From Micavibrio sp. TMED27 (GTDB taxonomy: Bacteria; Pseudomonadota; Alphaproteobacteria; Micavibrionales; Micavibrionaceae), in assembly GCA_002167715.1 (NCBI GenBank), contig NHCG01000002.1, forward strand, positions 987 to 64,986: DNA of 64,000 nt, read 5' to 3'. Both the position numbers and the translations under genes were made by a program. The notes under the pieces are model-generated. The model was not told the DNA's origin. It made no database searches and saw only the letters and a list, made by a program, of their open reading frames with translations. Positions 57,982 through 64,000 of this stretch are shown here, in pieces; within the stretch, counting starts at the first letter, position 1, and each line of letters opens with the position of its first letter.

Positions 57982-58528
57982 GACCGCTATCATTGATGAT
58001 GGTGTCGAAATTGGTAAAGGGTCAAAAATTTGGCACTTCACACACATACTTGGTAACTGCCGCTTAGGTAAAGATGTAGTTGTCGCGCAAAATGTTATGA
58101 TTGGGCCAGACGTGTCTGTCGGTGATGGCTGTAAAATCCAAAATAATGTCAGCCTTTATAAAGGTGTTTCATTGGAAGAAGGTGTATTTTGCGGTCCATC
58201 TTGCGTTTTTACCAATGTAAAAAACCCAAGGGCGATGGTAGAGCGTAAAGAAGAGTTCTTAAATACCCCTGTTGGGAAATGGGCGACTATCGGTGCCAAC
58301 TCGACAATTATTTGCGGCACAAAAATTGGTGCTTATGCCATGATTGGCGCAGGGGCCGTCATAACCAAAGACGTCAAACCACACGCTGTCATGATTGGTA
58401 ATCCAGCGAAACAATCAGGCTGGTGTAGTCATGCCGGTGAAATATTGGATGAAAACTTAATTTGCCCGCGTGAAAATAGACAATATAAAATTGAAAATGA
58501 ACAGCTAGTGGAAATAGAGAATGAGTAG
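57953..58528 (+). CDS. Left-handed beta-helix (hexapeptide) N-acetyltransferase (WbpD/WlbB-like)
   Basis: Hexapeptide repeats IGKGSKIWHFTHILGNCRLGKDVVVAQNVMIGPDVSVGDGCKIQNNVSLY and FTNVKNPRA. Confidence 0.8.
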   Translation: MSNQNYYAHETAIIDDGVEIGKGSKIWHFTHILGNCRLGKDVVVAQNVMIGPDVSVGDGCKIQNNVSLYKGVSLEEGVFCGPSCVFTNVKNPRAMVERKEEFLNTPVGKWATIGANSTIICGTKIGAYAMIGAGAVITKDVKPHAVMIGNPAKQSGWCSHAGEILDENLICPRENRQYKIENEQLVEIENE

Positions 58529-59672
58529 TAACGCAGCCTTAAAACCCGTTGAAAATATCGCCTTTATCGATCTTGCCGCTCAGCAAGCACGTATTAAAGA
58601 CAAAATTGATAATGCGCTGAGTACAGTTCTTGCTCATGGTAAATATATTATGGGTCCAGAAGTTAAGCAGTTCGAAGCTGATCTCTGCAGCTATACAGGC
58701 GCGAAACACACGATTAGTTGCTCCAGTGGAACAGATGCACTTGTCATGGCTCTAATGGCTTTAGGTGTTCAAGCTGGTGACGCCGTTTTTGTACCCTCCT
58801 TTACATTCGCAGCCACAGCCGAAGCAGTTGCCATTTTAGGGGCTATCCCTGTTTTTGTAGATGTTGATGCCAAGAATTATAATATTGATCTATCTAGCCT
58901 AGAAGCTGCCTATGAAACGAACGCCGCACTCAACCATAAAGCCGTAGGTATCATTGCGGTTGATTTATTTGGCTTGCCTGCCAATTACGAAGCTTTGAAT
59001 TCATTTGCTGAGCAAAAAGGACTCTGGGTTATGGCCGATAGTGCCCAAAGCTTAGGTGGTCGATCTAATAATCAGAATGTTGGGCAAATGGCACGCGTAA
59101 CAACCACAAGCTTTTTCCCTGCAAAACCTTTAGGCTGTTATGGTGATGGCGGTGCGATCTTTACCGATGACGATGATCTTGCTGCTAAATTGCGCAGTAT
59201 ACGTGTGCACGGTAAAGGTAATGATAAATATGATAATGTACGTTTGGGAGTGAATGGCCGTTTAGATACACTCCAAGCTGCAATATTAATTGAAAAACTT
59301 AAGATCTTTCCTGAGGAAATAGTAAGCCGTAACCGTGTAGCTGCCTACTATAATGAAAATCTATCCGACATCATTCAAACGCCTTTCATGGACGATCAAA
59401 CAACATGTGCTTGGGCACAATACACACTTCAGCTCTCTGAGAAGAACAGACAAGATGTGCTTGATCAATTAAAAGCTGCCAGCGTTCCAACAGCTGTTTA
59501 TTATCCACTGCCGCTTCATCAGCAAACATGTTATAAAGATTATCCAAGTGCACCAGATATGAGCACATGTGAGAAGCTCTCACAAACAGTGTTTAGCCTG
59601 CCGATGCACCCATATTTAAAGCCTGATACTCAAGATTATATTATTCAAGAAGTGCGTAAAGCACTAACCTAA
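58521..59672 (+). CDS. DegT/DnrJ/EryC1-family aminotransferase (WbpE-like)
   Basis: GKYIMGPEVKQFE, SSGTDAL, ADSAQSLG and SFFPAKPLGCYGDGGAIFT. Confidence 0.85.
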   Translation: MSSNAALKPVENIAFIDLAAQQARIKDKIDNALSTVLAHGKYIMGPEVKQFEADLCSYTGAKHTISCSSGTDALVMALMALGVQAGDAVFVPSFTFAATAEAVAILGAIPVFVDVDAKNYNIDLSSLEAAYETNAALNHKAVGIIAVDLFGLPANYEALNSFAEQKGLWVMADSAQSLGGRSNNQNVGQMARVTTTSFFPAKPLGCYGDGGAIFTDDDDLAAKLRSIRVHGKGNDKYDNVRLGVNGRLDTLQAAILIEKLKIFPEEIVSRNRVAAYYNENLSDIIQTPFMDDQTTCAWAQYTLQLSEKNRQDVLDQLKAASVPTAVYYPLPLHQQTCYKDYPSAPDMSTCEKLSQTVFSLPMHPYLKPDTQDYIIQEVRKALT

Positions 59673-59676
59673 TGCC

Positions 59677-61956
59677 ATGAAAATTCTTTTCGTCTGCAGA
59701 TTATATTCAGGATTTGAAGAAAGCCTGCAGAATGGTGTTTGGAAGCCCAAAGGGGCCCCTACAATTGCTAGGATGATTGAACATTTAGACGCATCCAAAG
59801 ATCATGAATTAGAATTAATTTTCACACAAAAAGGGGCTAGCGATACTCTTTATCCCTCCCATGTTGAAATAGAGGGGCTTGCTCTCAAACTTCATGTGCT
59901 AAGGGGGCATAACCATTTACCGGCTTGGCTAGGGAAATTTAGAGAAAAGCTCAGTGACCTGTATCAAGCGAGCCAAATTATATGGGCGTATCATAGGATC
60001 AAACCCGACATCGTTTATTGTGACCGCGTGAATATTTTCCCCGCTTCCTTACTTGCCCGCTTCACAAATGCACGTGTCATTTGGCGTGTTATGGGCGTTT
60101 TAGAAGAAATGCATCAAGCGGTGAAATCAGATCACTGGCGTGCGGCACTTTCTCGTTTTATGTGGAGAAGCCCGTTTAAATCTGTTATCTGCACCTTGGA
60201 TGGTTCAGGCGGTGGGCCGTGGATGGATCACGTCTTATCTAAAAACACTCCTCGTCATTTACTTCTAAACGGTGTGAATAAAAACTTAAAAGAGGAACAG
60301 GTCAATCTACTTCCTCATAAGGGCGTAAAAATGCTATTTGTTGGGCGCCTAGAAGCGCTCAAAGGTATAGAAGAGTTCGTGGATGCCTTCTACAGCGCAG
60401 CCGAGACGCATAAAAATTTACATGCTGTGATCGCAGGTGATGGCAGTTTGAAAAATAAATTGATAGAAGATGCAAAGAACAAAGGTTATGCGGATCGTGT
60501 ACATTTCCTTGGCAGTATTAGCGCGCCTGAACTTAAATATACTCGTCAAAATACGGACTTTTATGTTTCACTCAATAAACAAGGCAATCTTAGTAATGTA
60601 AATCTTGAGGCATTATCGGATCACTTACCAACAATCGTTCCATGTTCTCATACAGACAAAGGTATAGACATAGATACGGACAAGCTTGTTCCTGATGATG
60701 TGTTTTACCGTTTTGGTACAGTCGGTGATACTCAGGCGCTCTCTAATGCTATATCACATCTCATGGACGAAAAAGTACGCGCATCGTATAGGCAGGCCGC
60801 ACAAAAATGCGCTGCACATATTCTACCGAGCTGGACTACCCGTATTGAGCAGGAACTACAAATTTATGAAGATACAAAGCCCTATGATTTTGCTCTGACG
60901 ATCGCGGATTTAGGCTCTGGCGGCGCGCAAAAAATCGCAGTTTCACTCATGAATGATCTAAACCAAGCCGGTAAAAAAATAGCTCTTATTACCCTTAAAG
61001 ATAATAAGAGTGACTTTCATAAATTACCGCAAAATATCAAACGCATTACCCTAGAACATTGTAATGAATATAAAGGCATACTAGCCAATCTACTTCGTAT
61101 ATATAAAATTCGAAAAGCCCTTAAAGACACTGGTGCAAAATGCGTCATAAGTTTTATTGCACCAACCAATATATTATGCGTATGGGCCGCTTTGGGTTTA
61201 AATAATCGTCTCATTATTTCAGAGCGCAATGACCCTACTCGCCAGAGCTTTGGCCAAATGTGGGATAAACTTAGACGCCTCAGCTACCGCTTCGCTGATA
61301 GAGTTACAGCCAATAGTCAAAATGCAGTTGAAAGCCTTAAAGCTTATGTCCCAGAGCATAAACTTCATTATGTTCCCAATGCATTAACGCCGCCGCCTAA
61401 ACTGAATAAGCAAAAAGATAAAACAATTCTGATTGTGGGGCGTTTACATGAGCAAAAATCTCACCAAACGCTTCTGAAAGCTTTTGCAAAAGTGCACCAA
61501 GATCATCCGGACTGGACACTCATTATCGCTGGAGAAGGTCCACTTGATAATCAGCTCAAAGAACAAGCCGCGCAATTAAATATTGCGGACGCTACTACAT
61601 TTACTGGCGTTGTGAAAAACCCATATAGTCTCTATGAAACCGCTTCCATTTTTGTATTACCATCGATCCATGAAGGCACTCCCAATGCCCTTTTAGAGGC
61701 AATGAGTTGTTCATGTGCACCAATCATAAGTGATGCATGCGAAGGGGCGATGCCCTTTGTAAAGCATGAAGAAAGCGGACTTATTTTCAAGACAGGTGAT
61801 TATCAACAACTCGCTGATCAGCTTAACTCTCTCATTTCAACGCCTGAAAAGATAGTTCAGTATTCAACCGCAGCAAAAGAACATACAAAACCATTATATT
61901 CTCGCTCAACAATTGAGATATGGGATGATGCTATTAATGCAAAGGGGCAATCATGA
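59677..61956 (+). CDS. Two-domain glycosyltransferase (two complete GT4-like units fused)
   Basis: Unit 1 begins MKILFVCRLY and includes FVGRLEALKG. Unit 2 begins FALTIADLGSGGAQKIA and includes IVGRLHEQKSH and PSIHEGTPNALLEAMSCSCAPI (EX7E). Confidence 0.8.
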   Translation: MKILFVCRLYSGFEESLQNGVWKPKGAPTIARMIEHLDASKDHELELIFTQKGASDTLYPSHVEIEGLALKLHVLRGHNHLPAWLGKFREKLSDLYQASQIIWAYHRIKPDIVYCDRVNIFPASLLARFTNARVIWRVMGVLEEMHQAVKSDHWRAALSRFMWRSPFKSVICTLDGSGGGPWMDHVLSKNTPRHLLLNGVNKNLKEEQVNLLPHKGVKMLFVGRLEALKGIEEFVDAFYSAAETHKNLHAVIAGDGSLKNKLIEDAKNKGYADRVHFLGSISAPELKYTRQNTDFYVSLNKQGNLSNVNLEALSDHLPTIVPCSHTDKGIDIDTDKLVPDDVFYRFGTVGDTQALSNAISHLMDEKVRASYRQAAQKCAAHILPSWTTRIEQELQIYEDTKPYDFALTIADLGSGGAQKIAVSLMNDLNQAGKKIALITLKDNKSDFHKLPQNIKRITLEHCNEYKGILANLLRIYKIRKALKDTGAKCVISFIAPTNILCVWAALGLNNRLIISERNDPTRQSFGQMWDKLRRLSYRFADRVTANSQNAVESLKAYVPEHKLHYVPNALTPPPKLNKQKDKTILIVGRLHEQKSHQTLLKAFAKVHQDHPDWTLIIAGEGPLDNQLKEQAAQLNIADATTFTGVVKNPYSLYETASIFVLPSIHEGTPNALLEAMSCSCAPIISDACEGAMPFVKHEESGLIFKTGDYQQLADQLNSLISTPEKIVQYSTAAKEHTKPLYSRSTIEIWDDAINAKGQS

Positions 61957-63026
61957 TCAATATACATGTACTTAGTCCCGGTTTCACAAATCCAAATAGC
62001 ACGGCCTTTCTTATGCCATTTATCATCTTTCGCTCTGCACTTAAAGAAGCGGGATATCACATTCGGATTTTTTCTGACTACAAAGATGGTATAGAGGCAT
62101 GCGACTATCTCTTCATTGATAGTAAAACACATAAGAAAGATTGGAACGCACGTTACGATCAAACATTAGAAAAACTCTCATATTATAATGCAAAAACCAA
62201 AGTGATCTGGTGCGATCAAGCCGATAGTAGCGGTACATTTCTTGGTCAAGTTCTTCCCCATATCCATAAATATTTAAAAGCACAGCTCTTAAAAGACAGA
62301 AACCAGTACTTAAAATCGCATTATGCCTCGCGTATATATGCACAATATTACCATGAAAAATATGGTATCCAGGATGAACAGGCTTATATTCAAGAACCTG
62401 TAAAAGACCAAAAAGACCTATCCAAGCTCGATATTTCATGGAATTCCGGTTTAATGAATTATGGGCTTTTTGGCCCCTACTCTCAGCGCTTAAGAGAACA
62501 TATCCCAATTAACGCGCTTCTATATTTTGCAAAACCTCTTAGAAAAGCAAGCGCGGAACGTCCAATGGACATCACGTGCCGCATGGGTATTTCCTATCCG
62601 CGTGAAACAATGCGTTTTCAACGTTTAAAAATACGAGAACTCTTAAAAGATCACCTTCCTACTAATAAATTATCGAGACGTGCCTATTTCAAAGAACTGT
62701 GTGAAAGTAAAATCTGCATTTCTCCCTTTGGTTTAGGCGAAATCACGCTCAAGGATTTTGAATGCTTTTTAACAGGCTCATTATTGTTAAAACCACAAAT
62801 GAACCATATGCAAACATGGCCAAACTTATACGAAGACAAAGTCACATACATAGCCCATAGCTGGGACTTAGATGATGTGCTGGAACAAATAGAATGGGCG
62901 CTCAATCATGAAAAAGAGCGTATAGAAATAGCACAGAACGGACAAAATCGTTACCTCGACTACACACTAGGTTTAGGAGCTAGCGATCGCTTTGTCGAAC
63001 ATTTCAAACAGATAATAACAACTTAA
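61953..63026 (+). CDS. Putative glycosyltransferase (CgeB-like C-terminal domain)
   Basis: KICISPFGLGEITLKDFECFLTGSLLLKP. This is only weak family recognition. Confidence 0.4.
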   Translation: MINIHVLSPGFTNPNSTAFLMPFIIFRSALKEAGYHIRIFSDYKDGIEACDYLFIDSKTHKKDWNARYDQTLEKLSYYNAKTKVIWCDQADSSGTFLGQVLPHIHKYLKAQLLKDRNQYLKSHYASRIYAQYYHEKYGIQDEQAYIQEPVKDQKDLSKLDISWNSGLMNYGLFGPYSQRLREHIPINALLYFAKPLRKASAERPMDITCRMGISYPRETMRFQRLKIRELLKDHLPTNKLSRRAYFKELCESKICISPFGLGEITLKDFECFLTGSLLLKPQMNHMQTWPNLYEDKVTYIAHSWDLDDVLEQIEWALNHEKERIEIAQNGQNRYLDYTLGLGASDRFVEHFKQIITT

Positions 63027-64000
63027 GCAGTAAGCATGTCTTCGAACTGCTTCATCACGCGCGGCAGGGAAAAAGCATCCGGCAAAAGAGAATGTGTATT
63101 TTGATTGTGTTTTGTTTTTTGCATCTGCTGAATAAATTCGTTCATATCCTGCGTTATCACGAGGTCTCCATCGCGGGTATATTTACCAATATCAGATACC
63201 CCGCCAGCATCCACAATAGCAATAGAAGGCACTGCACTACAAAGTGCTTCTAAGACCACATTGGGCATCCCCTCCCAGCGTGAGGGTAATAACAAACAAT
63301 CGGCGTAAGATGCACTCATCCAGGGTTTATCGTCATAGCCTTTCAAAATGACCTTATTTGATAGGTCATATTTAGCAATTAAAGCTTCAAGATCAGCTCT
63401 AAAAGGCCCCTCACCTATAATCTCAAGTGTCCAATCAAAATCTGGCTTAAAATCAACCACCATATGTTCAATCAGCCTATCGTAGCCTTTCTCATAGGAT
63501 AAACGTCCAACACATAAAAAACGAATTGGATCACTTGGATTGCTAGGTGTACGTGTTTTGAATTTAACGCGCGCTTGGTCAACTGGATTAAACAAAATCT
63601 CATGATTCTTGGTAGAGATTTTTACTAAACCTTTAAACTCATCAATCATTTGTGAGCAATTACTAATCACTTTATTAGCAAGCGGATACAACCCCTTATA
63701 CACGAACCAGCACGCACGACCTTTAAGACCATAGCCGTTTAAGATCGAGGATGGCAAAGCCGCTTCGCGAACAAACACTTTAACCCTCGGAAAAAAAATC
63801 TTCATCAAAATCGCAAGCGCATTACTATGCACCATTGTTGTGAAGATGACATCTGGCTGAACCTCTTTCACCAGTTTAAGCATTTTAAAAACGCTAGATT
63901 TAATCGACGAACAATCTAGAGAATAAAAAGGAATCTCATCATCAATCCAATCACGAAATGGACCCTCATTTTTTACAACAACGAATTCAGGCTCAAAACG
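63023..64000 (-). CDS. GT4-family glycosyltransferase, N-terminus beyond the window end
   Basis: The frame stays open upstream of the listed ATG 63883 as far as nt 64000 (RFEPEFVVVKNEGPFRDWIDDEIPFYSLDCSSIKSSVFKMLKLV...). C-terminal CVGRLSYEKGYD and PSRWEGMPNVVLEALCSAVP (EX7E). Confidence 0.8.
   Translation of the reverse strand, partial: RFEPEFVVVKNEGPFRDWIDDEIPFYSLDCSSIKSSVFKMLKLVKEVQPDVIFTTMVHSNALAILMKIFFPRVKVFVREAALPSSILNGYGLKGRACWFVYKGLYPLANKVISNCSQMIDEFKGLVKISTKNHEILFNPVDQARVKFKTRTPSNPSDPIRFLCVGRLSYEKGYDRLIEHMVVDFKPDFDWTLEIIGEGPFRADLEALIAKYDLSNKVILKGYDDKPWMSASYADCLLLPSRWEGMPNVVLEALCSAVPSIAIVDAGGVSDIGKYTRDGDLVITQDMNEFIQQMQKTKHNQNTHSLLPDAFSLPRVMKQFEDMLTA

Overview
This is an AT-rich segment (about 40% G+C by eye, not computed), densely coding, from a Gram-negative, probably aquatic proteobacterium. 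I cannot place the taxon more precisely. I saw no rRNA, tRNA, CRISPR array, transposase, integrase, prophage or recognisable phage-defence genes.

**1-13 kb, surface and envelope genes.**
- A 5'-truncated RTX/T1SS beta-propeller protein that carries an internal second copy of its C-terminal secretion domain.
- A secreted DUF1566 (Lcl-like) two-module protein split by a single in-frame TAA.
- A terminator-bounded four-gene operon built around a CsgG/HfaB-family lipoprotein, with a secreted 4 x 44-aa repeat protein. It lacks recognisable curlin, CsgE or CsgF.
- An atypical 1122-aa class-A-PBP-like protein ending in LysM.

**12.5-27.2 kb, respiration and signalling.**
- A GbsR-like regulator followed by cytochrome bd oxidase (cydAB).
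- These sit inside a dense phosphorelay neighbourhood of 4 histidine kinases and 3 stand-alone receivers. One kinase is a REC-REC-GAF hybrid. No DNA-binding output domain is present.

**27.2-64 kb, a glycan island of more than 36 kb that runs off the window.**
- Nonulosonic-acid core: two divergent NeuB-family synthases, PseB/C/H/G-like genes, and NeuC-like and NeuA-like genes.
- A fused SpsF-type cytidylyltransferase/class-III aminotransferase.
- A WbpB/D/E-like trio.
- Decorating enzymes: ATP-grasp ligase, 2-hydroxyacid dehydrogenase, PhyH-like dioxygenase, formyltransferase, 2 methyltransferases, 2 FemAB-like proteins, GNATs, and 3 deacetylases (two PIG-L-family, one NodB-type).
- Transfer and export: several GT4/GT-B transferases and one MsbA/PglK-like ABC exporter.

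**Best leads.**
1. The CsgG-type operon with non-curlin cargo.
2. An apparent 10-gene operon that couples nonulosonate genes to a kinase/receiver/hybrid-kinase module. It contains the only two 8-nt G/C homopolymer tracts in the window, which are candidate phase-variation switches.

All functional calls come from motif recognition by eye. No database search was run.
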